In this document: positions 19,847 through 28,882 of the stretch, one piece after another | How positions within the stretch are numbered: the stretch's first letter is position 1 | Layout: every line of letters begins with the position of its first letter | From: a virus | Lineage: Duplodnaviria > Caudoviricetes | IMG/VR virus record: IMGVR_UViG_3300011339_001338 | Span: 1-55,002 of that record | Reading direction: 5' to 3' (one strand) | DNA length: 55,002 nt | Made by a program: the position numbers and the translations under genes | The notes under the pieces: model-generated | Seen by the model: the letters and a program-made list of their open reading frames with translations, nothing else | Databases searched by the model: none | What the model was told of the DNA's origin: nothing

Positions 19847-22800
19847 TTATAAGTTTTCGAAACTTGCCCCTTGTGGAGTGATAATAAACTCGATGTCGAT
19901 AAATTCAAGAGCCTTAGTTGGTTTCAAGAAGATACGTCCTGACATTTGGTTAGAATCAAAATCCTCAGGATTGTTAGATACAGTTACACGGAAGTCAGTA
20001 ATACCTCTGTCCCTACGGATAGCATCCAAGATTGGGTTTACAGAATCCAAGAACTGTTGTCTTACAACTGCGTCGTTTTGTTCGAATAGCAATCTGATTG
20101 CCACTGCTGAAATAAGCTTACGAGCTTGTAACAACAATCTTCTAACGTTAATTCTGTCAAGAGGACTTTCTCTCACCTGAAGTGTCTTGTTACCCCAAAT
20201 TACAGTACCAACATCGTTGAAAGTTGCGATTGGGTTAATTCTACCCTCATAAAGAGTATCTCTATCAAGTTGAGTGAGTCTGCGTCTTGCTCTCACTGAG
20301 TTAACAATACCTCTTGTGTAACCTGCAGTTGCAAACCAAGGGAATGCAATATTGTCGGTCAACGCCAAGTTTCTACAAACTTCAGCGGTTGCTGGAATGT
20401 AGATTTGTGTATTGTATACACTATCACGGGTTAATACCCATGGGTAGTAAGTTACAGTGTAGTTAGAATCTAATGAAGCGTCTTCAAGAGCAACAACCGC
20501 ATCTTGTGGATATACAAAGTTATCCATAGAAGAAGAAGGTTGTAACAAATCAAAGTCAGGAGTAGTTGCCACATAGATAGAGTCAGCTCTATCAATTTCA
20601 ACCATGTCAATTGCCGCTCTAACAAGTTTGTAGTTATTTACGTAATCAATACCAGGTGTAGTAAACACATTAATGTTAATAATACCAGGGTTATTGAATG
20701 ACTCAATACCTAACAAGTATGCGTAGTAGTCAGTATTAGCGTAGTTAGATGTATCATCTTCTACAGTAATTTGTCTGAACGCTCCCCATCCTGTTGCGTT
20801 TGCGTATGGTTGGCAACCTGCTCTTGCTCCGTATAAGTAACCTGTCTTACCAAGTACGAATTCATCACTATTTGTTCTTTTTTCACGGTAGATATCCCAT
20901 CCATCAAAACCACCATAAGGAAGTACTGTAAACTTACGTGAGTAAGTTCTGTAGTAAACTTCATTAGAGTCTAGTGGTTCATGGTTAAATTGTCCTGCTC
21001 CGCAATCAAATGCTGGTGTGCCTGAAGTACCGTACTGAGATGAAATTAATACTGTAGTCGCACCACTATCCATGTGGAAACCTTTAGTCAAATATGACCA
21101 GTTAGAGTAAACTTGTTCAGTACAAGTCCAACCTGATGGAGTTTGCTTACCCTTATAATCGAATAAATTAACGTCCCATCCTACTGCCGTACTAAAACCA
21201 AGATATGCTCTTCTAACATTGTCACCTGAGCTAATTGTTTCATTGCCAACACCTAAAATTGTACCGAATGGTGGGTTATATAGCACGTCACCAGGCGAGT
21301 CATATTTAGTTTTGTAGATTGGGAATGTTTCAGCCTTATCTGATGTCCCATCATAAGTTCTAACTAAGTAACCCTCAAAACCTGCTGGAAGTGAATCAGA
21401 CGGAGCCTGTTCATTCATTTCTAACATAACGTATTTTGAGTTGATTGCGTATTCACCGTCAGCGGTACCAATCTTCTTAGCCACATAGTTATTTAAAGAT
21501 GGGTCCATCGAACAACTTGTGTATTTTTCTAAAACCACAGGATTTGCGTCAGTATCATAATAGCTACGTACTAATACATCAAATGTCATCTTATCAAAAG
21601 ACATGTTAGCGACAGATACTTTAACTTCTCTGTTTGCTGAGTTACCATCAGAAATTGTTATATATCTAAACAATTGGTAAACAGTGTTACCACGAAGTTC
21701 GGACACAATCCAAGGAGAATAAGCTGTTTGATATCTCTCTAAGTAGTTACCTAAAGATGTAGTATCATTACCACTTGCACCTGAGTGAGTAATCAAAGCT
21801 GAATTGATACCTCTGATGTATCCATTGTTATATCCATGATACAACATAGTTGGGAATCTTTCCTCAACAAATATTGGGAAATCAACTCTATCCTTTTGGA
21901 AATTCTCAGTGCCAAACACCTTACTAATAAAATTAGCATTTGTATCATCCAATGAGATTTCAAAATTAGTAACAGCGCTGTCCTTATCTGTGATTGTAAC
22001 ACCAAAAGTAGCATATGGGTCTTCACTAGCGCCTGAATAAGCTCCAGAGAAATCTAATACAACACCACTAGTAACGTCATTTACTTGATATAAAGGTCCG
22101 TGTTGTGTGGTACTATAATCAGTGATACCTCTTGAACGAAGTGTTGCTAGTATAAGTCCATCGTATGCGGTATAGGCTGTTCCTATAAAAGGAAACCTAT
22201 CATAGGTAATTGTACCACTAGGGGTTGCTCCACCAGCATAAGTCGTAACTTGAGCATACCAAGAATATCCAGTATATTCACCACCAACTGTAGGGGCAAA
22301 ATTTGCATAATACCAAGGGTCATTCAATGGGTCAGTCATTGTGTTTGCCGAAAAAGTCGGACCATCAACACCAAAATTATTCACAACATTTCTACTTCCG
22401 ATAGTGGTTGCACCTGAAGAAGGAAGTGAACCCCAAATAGAAATAGTGGTACCTGTCAAAGAACCATCAGCAACTATAGATAAAATATAAGAATCTAAAT
22501 CTTCTCTGAAAGTAGAAGTACTACCATCGTACTTAACATATGGAGTATCAAATACTTGGCCCATAGTTGTCGCCGAAAATGAAGTTAAAACATAAGAAAC
22601 TACAGAGGTACCAGTATTAACAGTGAAGTTAAAAGTTGCGGTACCGTCTCCAGCAGCTCCTTCTAAAATTGTTGAAGCGTCTACGTTTGCAATAGTTGTT
22701 AATGACCAAGATGGTCCCGCATCATAACCTGAAAGTCCAAGTACTCTTGATACGAAAAGTTGATTTGATTGTTGTAAGTAAGCCTTAGCAATATACGCCA

Positions 22801-23023
22801 ATTCATACTTAGGAATTTGTGTGTTCACAAATTTTTCAGGTGACGTAGTACCGAAATAAGCTTCGAACTCTTCATAGTTAGTCACAAAAATCGGTTCAAA
22901 GGCTGGTCCCTTGAGTGTTTCACCCGCAATACCTAGGGTAGTAACACCGACACTCTGTGCAACGAATGAAAGTTCAGTTTCGGTAGTATACACACCGGGA
23001 GAAACGAAAACTTTTGTTGCCAT
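19847..23023 (-). CDS. Contractile tail sheath protein
   Basis: N-terminal SPGVY...GETLKGPAFEP and C-terminal WFATAGYTRG...RDTLYEGRINPI...IWGNKTL...RINVRRLL...LFEQND...PTKALEFIDIEF. Confidence 0.95.
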   Translation of the reverse strand: MATKVFVSPGVYTTETELSFVAQSVGVTTLGIAGETLKGPAFEPIFVTNYEEFEAYFGTTSPEKFVNTQIPKYELAYIAKAYLQQSNQLFVSRVLGLSGYDAGPSWSLTTIANVDASTILEGAAGDGTATFNFTVNTGTSVVSYVLTSFSATTMGQVFDTPYVKYDGSTSTFREDLDSYILSIVADGSLTGTTISIWGSLPSSGATTIGSRNVVNNFGVDGPTFSANTMTDPLNDPWYYANFAPTVGGEYTGYSWYAQVTTYAGGATPSGTITYDRFPFIGTAYTAYDGLILATLRSRGITDYSTTQHGPLYQVNDVTSGVVLDFSGAYSGASEDPYATFGVTITDKDSAVTNFEISLDDTNANFISKVFGTENFQKDRVDFPIFVEERFPTMLYHGYNNGYIRGINSALITHSGASGNDTTSLGNYLERYQTAYSPWIVSELRGNTVYQLFRYITISDGNSANREVKVSVANMSFDKMTFDVLVRSYYDTDANPVVLEKYTSCSMDPSLNNYVAKKIGTADGEYAINSKYVMLEMNEQAPSDSLPAGFEGYLVRTYDGTSDKAETFPIYKTKYDSPGDVLYNPPFGTILGVGNETISSGDNVRRAYLGFSTAVGWDVNLFDYKGKQTPSGWTCTEQVYSNWSYLTKGFHMDSGATTVLISSQYGTSGTPAFDCGAGQFNHEPLDSNEVYYRTYSRKFTVLPYGGFDGWDIYREKRTNSDEFVLGKTGYLYGARAGCQPYANATGWGAFRQITVEDDTSNYANTDYYAYLLGIESFNNPGIININVFTTPGIDYVNNYKLVRAAIDMVEIDRADSIYVATTPDFDLLQPSSSMDNFVYPQDAVVALEDASLDSNYTVTYYPWVLTRDSVYNTQIYIPATAEVCRNLALTDNIAFPWFATAGYTRGIVNSVRARRRLTQLDRDTLYEGRINPIATFNDVGTVIWGNKTLQVRESPLDRINVRRLLLQARKLISAVAIRLLFEQNDAVVRQQFLDSVNPILDAIRRDRGITDFRVTVSNNPEDFDSNQMSGRIFLKPTKALEFIDIEFIITPQGASFENL

Positions 23024-23055
23024 TTAACTTTTTGTTTTTAAAGATTTATTTTTCA

Positions 23056-23062
23056 ATAAATA
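23056..23062 (-). promoter_or_regulatory. TATTTAT putative late promoter motif for sheath gene
   Basis: Sense-strand motif upstream of ATG 23023. Confidence 0.55.
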
Positions 23063-23098
23063 CCATACAAAAAACCAAAAGTTTTCAATTTCTGAATC

Positions 23099-23105
23099 TA
23101 TTTAT
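23099..23105 (+). promoter_or_regulatory. TATTTAT motif for the divergent RHH gene
   Basis: Plus-strand copy upstream of TTG 23141. Confidence 0.5.
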
Positions 23106-23107
23106 TT

Positions 23108-23133
23108 AAAAGTAAGACTAAATTCTTACTTTT
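23108..23133. repeat. Perfect 10-bp inverted repeat, candidate operator
   Basis: AAAAGTAAGA-CTAAAT-TCTTACTTTT between the plus-strand motif and the RHH start. Confidence 0.65.
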
Positions 23134-23140
23134 TTCTGCT

Positions 23141-23290
23141 TTGCCAATTAAGAACCTCAAGATATCAGAAGAGTCGCATACTATACTTAAAAAGTATTGT
23201 ATGAAGCGAGGATTAAAGATACATAAATTCTTAGAAAATTTAATAATTGAATCCTGTTCAGAAAAGAAAGATTTATACGGAGAAGATTAG
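23141..23290 (+). CDS. Small ribbon-helix-helix (CopG/Arc-like) DNA-binding protein
   Basis: Not in the ORF track. TTG start, 49 aa: MPIKNLKISEESHTILKKYCMKRGLKIHKFLENLIIESCSEKKDLYGED. Beta strand KNLKI, helix, Gly turn, helix. It fills the intergenic gap exactly. Confidence 0.7.
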   Translation: MPIKNLKISEESHTILKKYCMKRGLKIHKFLENLIIESCSEKKDLYGED

Positions 23291-24348
23291 ACCAACTCAA
23301 CAGAAACTTCCAGTTTAGCTGGAATTGTATTATCTACCTTAGTTAAATTAGAGATTGTCAATTCATCGTTAACATTTAGTTGAATAACTGATTCAGGATT
23401 ATTAAAAATGTTGCTCCCGAAGAAAAGTCCATTTATTAAAACATCATATGTATCAATATTATCAAGTCCTATTGACCTAAGATTTGCAGAATAACTAAAA
23501 ACCTGAGTGAAAGAATTCACGGCCAATGGAAATTCAAAAAACAAATTAAAATTGGTTACATTATCTAAAGGGTTACGGTTCTTTTTTATCTTTGCAGATT
23601 TTTGATTTGTTTCTAATAATGTAAAAGTTCTACTTACACCTGGACTTACTTGGAACTCATTTTCATCCATCAAAAATCCCATCATTGTAAAGTTATAACT
23701 TTGAATATAGTATTTTCTTTTTTCTATTTCAGTAACCGATTCATCTTGAAGGTCATCCATTATGATTGGAATATAATGTCCTTTAATTTGAGTGTATGCC
23801 TGTCTAGATGAAAACTTTTCGATTATAACTTTATTTAGAGCATTTAGTTCACGCATTCTGTTACAAATAATTTTAATTGAGAACTTAATATCAACAGGAA
23901 CTGGTTGGGGTATTGTGTATACATCCATACCTTTAACTCCGTTATCCCAATTCGGAACCATTGCGTAAAAAAATTGTTTTCTATTTGGAATCGTGTATTG
24001 GAGTGATGGGAGTGTTCCATATTTTACTTCAGGACTTCTAACAGTTGTGATTACAGGGACGCTAACATTTTTATCTAAATCATTAATATTCCAAGTTTGA
24101 GTAAACTGAGCCCAATTCTGAGTTGTAATTAAAATATCAACAACAGGAACCACTTTACCATCAGTAACAACCCTAAGTTCATTTTTTACAAAATCCAAAA
24201 ATCCTCTATCCAAATCCTCATGTAAAATAGATTTTGGTAAAAAAGTTCCGTATTGATTTATTTGGTCAAGCATTTCTTGCCTTCTTGACGGACCATATAA
24301 TTGGGGTGTCAATCTGATATTCTTTTTTATTTTTTTACCAATACCCAT
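23287..24348 (-). CDS. Tail terminator / sheath stabilizer (T4 gp15-like)
   Basis: PQPVPVDIKFSIKIIC pattern; lies between the head-closure and sheath genes. Confidence 0.55.
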   Translation of the reverse strand: MGIGKKIKKNIRLTPQLYGPSRRQEMLDQINQYGTFLPKSILHEDLDRGFLDFVKNELRVVTDGKVVPVVDILITTQNWAQFTQTWNINDLDKNVSVPVITTVRSPEVKYGTLPSLQYTIPNRKQFFYAMVPNWDNGVKGMDVYTIPQPVPVDIKFSIKIICNRMRELNALNKVIIEKFSSRQAYTQIKGHYIPIIMDDLQDESVTEIEKRKYYIQSYNFTMMGFLMDENEFQVSPGVSRTFTLLETNQKSAKIKKNRNPLDNVTNFNLFFEFPLAVNSFTQVFSYSANLRSIGLDNIDTYDVLINGLFFGSNIFNNPESVIQLNVNDELTISNLTKVDNTIPAKLEVSVELV

Positions 24349-24863
24349 TATAAACCTCTAAATTCATTATCATTTACAGGAACTGCAACAATAGTTCTGT
24401 AAAATGCTTTATACCCTCCATAGGTATGTTTATTGTCAGAAACTACACGACCATCATTGGCAACAGAGTAATATCTAACTCTTTTTTCATTCTCATAATA
24501 ACCAACATAATCACCAAATTCAATTTCAATTCCAAGCTCATCAAGATGTGATTGGTAAACTGAAATCCTAATATTTCCTGGTTCCATTTGGTCGAGTTTA
24601 GAGCTACCAAGAAATTTATTTTCAGGTGCAGATACTTGCACAAAGGCTTTAAATTCTATCGGTGGGTGGAATTTAATAGAGTCTTTTGTGGTTTCACCGT
24701 AAACATCATCGGTATTTGTTTTTGTTTTATCAACTCTATATAATACAAGAGTAAAATTCATATCACCGTGAAGCCACTCTTTGCCCATGCCGACATCCAA
24801 GTTGAAGTCCTCTGCTCCAAAAAATTTATTTAATCTTGTTATTGGTACAATTCTCTGAGTCAT
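24348..24863 (-). CDS. Head closure / neck protein (T4 gp14-like)
   Basis: VLYRVD...DDVYGE...F and GDYV pattern; size and synteny fit. Confidence 0.55.
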   Translation of the reverse strand: MTQRIVPITRLNKFFGAEDFNLDVGMGKEWLHGDMNFTLVLYRVDKTKTNTDDVYGETTKDSIKFHPPIEFKAFVQVSAPENKFLGSSKLDQMEPGNIRISVYQSHLDELGIEIEFGDYVGYYENEKRVRYYSVANDGRVVSDNKHTYGGYKAFYRTIVAVPVNDNEFRGL

Positions 24864-24867
24864 ATTG

Positions 24868-24874
24868 ATAAATA
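24868..24874 (-). promoter_or_regulatory. TATTTAT putative late promoter motif
   Basis: Ends 4 nt before ATG 24863. Confidence 0.55.
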
Positions 24875-24900
24875 TCTAATTTTGAATTATAATTGAGGTA

Positions 24901-26658
24901 GTGGAAGATTCAGTCGATATTAAAAGTATTGAACAGAAGACCCTATTAGTTTTAGAGACTTATCAGGGTTCAAATAACTATATCCTAAAGTTAAAACAAC
25001 AGCATGCTGTAAACCCTAAATTTATTCCCACAAGAGCTCAATGTGATTATGTTATTGGGTTTAGTCAAACTGAACCAAAAGTTGCAAAAAAGTGGGTTGA
25101 CATTGATTCGTATTTTGCAAAAAAACTTGTCGACGATAATCCATTCATTAAAGAACCTGAACAAATTTATGTTGAAAAACTTCTTGTAGAGAAAGATAAA
25201 TCATATCATATTTGGGGAAAAATATTTAGTGGGGACACCCTTCACGATTTTTGGATTCCTAAAACAGCAATTCATAAAGCTAAAACAAGAACTGCAGAAG
25301 TTGATTGGGAAAAATACTCTCATCGTCCCCCTCTTAACCATCAAAAGGAATGTATCATTAAACTTTTAGAAAATGATAAATACATTGTTGCCGATGATAT
25401 GGGTCTTGGAAAGACAACATCAACTGTAATTTCATCTATTGAGAGTGGAGCTAAAAAGATTTTAATTATTTGTCCTGCAACTTTAAAGATAAATTGGAGA
25501 AGAGAAATTGCTCTTTATACAGATGAGTCAGTTTATATTGTTGAGGTTAAAAAATGGGAAGAGGGTTACAAATATTATATTATAAATTATGATATAATGA
25601 AAAACTTCCACGAACCAAAATCAAAAGATTCGGTTTTACTTAAAGAAAATTTTGATTTGGTTGTTATTGACGAGGCCCATTATATTTCAAATCCCCAAGC
25701 TCAAAGGACAAAAATTATAAATGATTTAGTCAGTAAATCTGAAAGACTTTGGCTACTAACGGGAACCCCGATGACATCTCGTCCAATGAATTATTATAAC
25801 CTTTTGAATCTTATTGAAAGCCCTGTGGCAGCAAATTGGATGGCATATGCGATTCGATACTGTGCGGGATATCAATTCTCGGTGGGAAAAAGAAAAGTTT
25901 GGAATGTTACAGGGGCAAGTAATTTAGAAGAGCTACGAGATAGAACATCAAGACATGTAATTCGCAGATTAAAAACTGAAGTATTAGATTTACCTGATAA
26001 AATTATTACCCCAATTTATCAAAGATTGAGTTCAAGGTTATATGAAGAACTTATGGGTGAATATTATGATTGGTATGTGAATAAAAAAGAAGAGTCAAAA
26101 TCTTTAACAATACAATTTTCAAAACTCACAAAAGTTCGTCAAGTTATTGCTGAAGAAAAAATCGCAACTACAATTGAAGTTGCCGAAAATATTATCGAAC
26201 AAGGTAAGAAAGTAATTATATTTTCCAACTTTACTGAACCCCTTCAAAAAATCCACGAACATTTTAAAAAACAATCTGTTTACTTGGACGGGTCAACATC
26301 AAAACCCGCAAGACAAAAAGCGGTGGATGACTTCCAAGAAAATGATAAGATTAAAGTTTTTTGTGGAAACATTAAAGCTGCGGGTGTTGGTATTACATTA
26401 ACCGCGGCTGAAGCCGTGATTATGAATGACCTCTCATTCTTACCTTCAGACCACTCCCAAGCTGAAGATAGGTCTTACAGATACGGTCAAAAAAATAATG
26501 TTCTTGTGTATTATCCGATTTTTGAGAACAGCATTGAGGGAGCAATCTACGACATCTTGTCAAGAAAGAAACAGATTATTGGAACGGTTATGGGAGATAT
26601 TACTGAAACTGAATCCGACATTGTTGAACAAATCTTAAAAGAAATCAGTAATAGATGA
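24901..26658 (+). CDS. SNF2-family helicase/ATPase (SMARCAL1/HARP-like)
   Basis: DDMGLGKT (Walker A), ICPATL, DEAH, LLTGTP, IRRLK, AGVGITLTAA and QAEDRSYRYGQ. Confidence 0.92.
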   Translation: MEDSVDIKSIEQKTLLVLETYQGSNNYILKLKQQHAVNPKFIPTRAQCDYVIGFSQTEPKVAKKWVDIDSYFAKKLVDDNPFIKEPEQIYVEKLLVEKDKSYHIWGKIFSGDTLHDFWIPKTAIHKAKTRTAEVDWEKYSHRPPLNHQKECIIKLLENDKYIVADDMGLGKTTSTVISSIESGAKKILIICPATLKINWRREIALYTDESVYIVEVKKWEEGYKYYIINYDIMKNFHEPKSKDSVLLKENFDLVVIDEAHYISNPQAQRTKIINDLVSKSERLWLLTGTPMTSRPMNYYNLLNLIESPVAANWMAYAIRYCAGYQFSVGKRKVWNVTGASNLEELRDRTSRHVIRRLKTEVLDLPDKIITPIYQRLSSRLYEELMGEYYDWYVNKKEESKSLTIQFSKLTKVRQVIAEEKIATTIEVAENIIEQGKKVIIFSNFTEPLQKIHEHFKKQSVYLDGSTSKPARQKAVDDFQENDKIKVFCGNIKAAGVGITLTAAEAVIMNDLSFLPSDHSQAEDRSYRYGQKNNVLVYYPIFENSIEGAIYDILSRKKQIIGTVMGDITETESDIVEQILKEISNR

Positions 26659-26659
26659 G

Positions 26660-26666
26660 TATTTAT
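26660..26666 (+). promoter_or_regulatory. TATTTAT putative late promoter motif for SOD
   Basis: Plus-strand copy 5 nt before ATG 26672. Confidence 0.55.
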
Positions 26667-26671
26667 TATTG

Positions 26672-27379
26672 ATGCGTAATTTAGAATTAATTTCAGAAAG
26701 TTTAGTAAATCAAATTTTAGGTAAAGAACCTAATCAGGTTGAATTTTTTATCAATGAGGCAAAAACTATCGGTATTGATAAACTTCAATATTCATATGCC
26801 GCAATTCGAAGATTTATTGACCCTGAAACAATGAAGATACATTACCAAAGACATTACAAAACTTACGTTAAAAAATTAAATTCAGCACTTCGTAAAAAAG
26901 ATTATGGTGATGTTGAGCTAGAAAATATTGTAAGACAAATATCAAAGTATAACACCACAATTAGGAATAATGCTGGTGGAGCCTTCAACCATGCATTATT
27001 TTGGAAGATGTTGACCCCTAAACCACAGGTTCCTCACGGGGATATTTTGGAAAAAATAAAATCACAATTTGGAACCTATAGAAATTTTAGAACAAAATTT
27101 GAAAAAGAATCAAAGTCGAGATTTGGCTCGGGTTGGGTTTGGTTGGTGGTAAAAGATAATGGAAGTCTTAAAATTATGACAACACCAAATCAGGATAATC
27201 CACTTATGAATATTTTCGAGCAAGGTGGGTTTCCAATTCTTGGACTTGATTTATGGGAACACGCTTACTACCTAAAATATCAAAACAAAAGAGATGAATA
27301 CATTCAAAATTTTTGGGAAGTTGTTAACTGGAAGTTTGTAAATGAATTGTATAGTCAAAAAACAAAAGAAAAAAAATAA
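26672..27379 (+). CDS. sod: Fe/Mn superoxide dismutase (Mn-type signature) with N-terminal extension
   Basis: TMKIHYQRHY, NNAGGAFNHALFW, FGSGWVWL, NQDNP and DLWEHAYY; all four metal ligands are present. Confidence 0.93.
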   Translation: MRNLELISESLVNQILGKEPNQVEFFINEAKTIGIDKLQYSYAAIRRFIDPETMKIHYQRHYKTYVKKLNSALRKKDYGDVELENIVRQISKYNTTIRNNAGGAFNHALFWKMLTPKPQVPHGDILEKIKSQFGTYRNFRTKFEKESKSRFGSGWVWLVVKDNGSLKIMTTPNQDNPLMNIFEQGGFPILGLDLWEHAYYLKYQNKRDEYIQNFWEVVNWKFVNELYSQKTKEKK

Positions 27380-27394
27380 TTAAATCCATTTTGA

Positions 27395-27402
27395 TATTTA
27401 TA
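27395..27402 (+). promoter_or_regulatory. TATTTATA putative late promoter motif
   Basis: Plus-strand copy upstream of ATG 27417. Confidence 0.55.
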
Positions 27403-27416
27403 TATAAACTATTAAA

Positions 27417-28538
27417 ATGGCAGTCATTCCCGAACCTCAAAGAAGTGAACTTTATGCCAAGGTACGTCACGTACTTGGAGCTCCTCTTCGTTCTATCGAA
27501 TTAGAGGACGAGCAACTTGACACCCTATTAGAATTTTCAATTGGGGATTATTCCCAATATATCCAAGATTGGTTAATTGAATCCCAATGGACCTCTCTAT
27601 ATAATTTGAATATGGACAATCAGTCGTTGGCTCAGGCCTTTATTACGAGAAGTTTTGATTATGAATCACGATATCAGTATTCGTATTCGAAAATTGTTGG
27701 TTTACAAAGCAATGGACCATGGGTATTAAAAAAAGACTATATAACTTTAGAACCTAATAGGCAAGTTTATGAAATTCCAGCACATAGAGAGGTTAATGAA
27801 TTAATGTGGTACACACCTTCAGAATTAACTAATATTTTGTTTGACCCTTGGAGTTTTGGAGCCCTTGGGGGTTATGGTATGGGAGGACCGGCCGGATACT
27901 CTCAAATGGGATACACTGGCTCATATTTTATGATGCCAGCATTTGACATGATGCTAAGAATGCAAGAAATTAATATCCAAAGAAGAATTATTGCCGGTGA
28001 TAAAACATATAGAATTACAGCGCTTCCTGATGGAAAAAAAGCAATACATTTGATGCAAACACCTGGTGGGAAATTTGACTTTGGTAATTCATCATTAATG
28101 AATGGTAAAGTTTGGTATTGGTATTATGATACTGAAGGTCAAGATAGAGACGCTTGTTTAAGAGCGAATCCCGATATTATCAAACTCCCGTCTGATGTAC
28201 CAATCGATTCTATGTCTTGGTCTGATTTAAATAATCCATCACAACAATGGGTTAGAAGATATTTTATTGCTAGCTGCAAAGAAACTTTATCAAAAGTTAG
28301 AGGAAAATACTCGGGAAACTTGAAAACTCCTGACTCTGAACTTACTATGGATTATCAGTCTTTGGCGACCGAAGGGAAAGATGAAAAGACAAAACTCATA
28401 GAAGAACTTATAGGAGCTGAAGGTAAATTAACAAGATTAAAACCTGAGAAGGTAATGGAAAGAGAGGCTTTAATTGCTGAAAATTTAAATAAGCAATTAA
28501 AATACAGGGCTTTCCCAAGAAATTTATATGTAATATGA
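27417..28538 (+). CDS. Neck / head-tail adaptor protein (T4 gp13-like)
   Basis: LGAPLRSIELEDEQLD and WVRRYFIASCKETLSKVRGKYSG resemble conserved gp13 segments. Confidence 0.75.
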   Translation: MAVIPEPQRSELYAKVRHVLGAPLRSIELEDEQLDTLLEFSIGDYSQYIQDWLIESQWTSLYNLNMDNQSLAQAFITRSFDYESRYQYSYSKIVGLQSNGPWVLKKDYITLEPNRQVYEIPAHREVNELMWYTPSELTNILFDPWSFGALGGYGMGGPAGYSQMGYTGSYFMMPAFDMMLRMQEINIQRRIIAGDKTYRITALPDGKKAIHLMQTPGGKFDFGNSSLMNGKVWYWYYDTEGQDRDACLRANPDIIKLPSDVPIDSMSWSDLNNPSQQWVRRYFIASCKETLSKVRGKYSGNLKTPDSELTMDYQSLATEGKDEKTKLIEELIGAEGKLTRLKPEKVMEREALIAENLNKQLKYRAFPRNLYVI

Positions 28539-28882
28539 TGGCCATACAGCGTTCGATACCTATGCAAAGAATTGTCAGTGGAAGACCCGTCGACACTTCA
28601 GAAATATGTTTTGTAACAGATGAAAGTTATACCTCAAAAGGAGAAGCTCTAATAATTACAAAAACTTTAGATATGATTATAATCAGATTGGACTCTAGAA
28701 CAACTGACCATATAATAATTAAATCTTTAACTAACACCAAAATACTTCCGATAAATGCATTAATTGATGAAGAATTTTCAGAAATTAATATCGGGAAAGG
28801 GGCCTCTGTTGAATTATATTTTTCATTTGGTAGTTGGTATGTTGTATCATCGGACGGAATAAAGATGGAAGAGTTACACTAA
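28535..28882 (+). CDS. Hypothetical beta-rich protein
   Basis: 115 aa ORF coupled to the neck gene. Confidence 0.65.
   Translation: MMAIQRSIPMQRIVSGRPVDTSEICFVTDESYTSKGEALIITKTLDMIIIRLDSRTTDHIIIKSLTNTKILPINALIDEEFSEINIGKGASVELYFSFGSWYVVSSDGIKMEELH

Noticed and set aside
19780-19908. N-terminal extension of the 314 aa ORF
   Set aside because: It overlaps the sheath stop and runs through the terminator. The promoter motif supports ATG 19779.
1441-24863. Bacterial eCIS/tailocin locus or eukaryotic giant virus
   Set aside because: Neck proteins, PolB and gp32-like SSB together with sheath and tube indicate a tailed phage.
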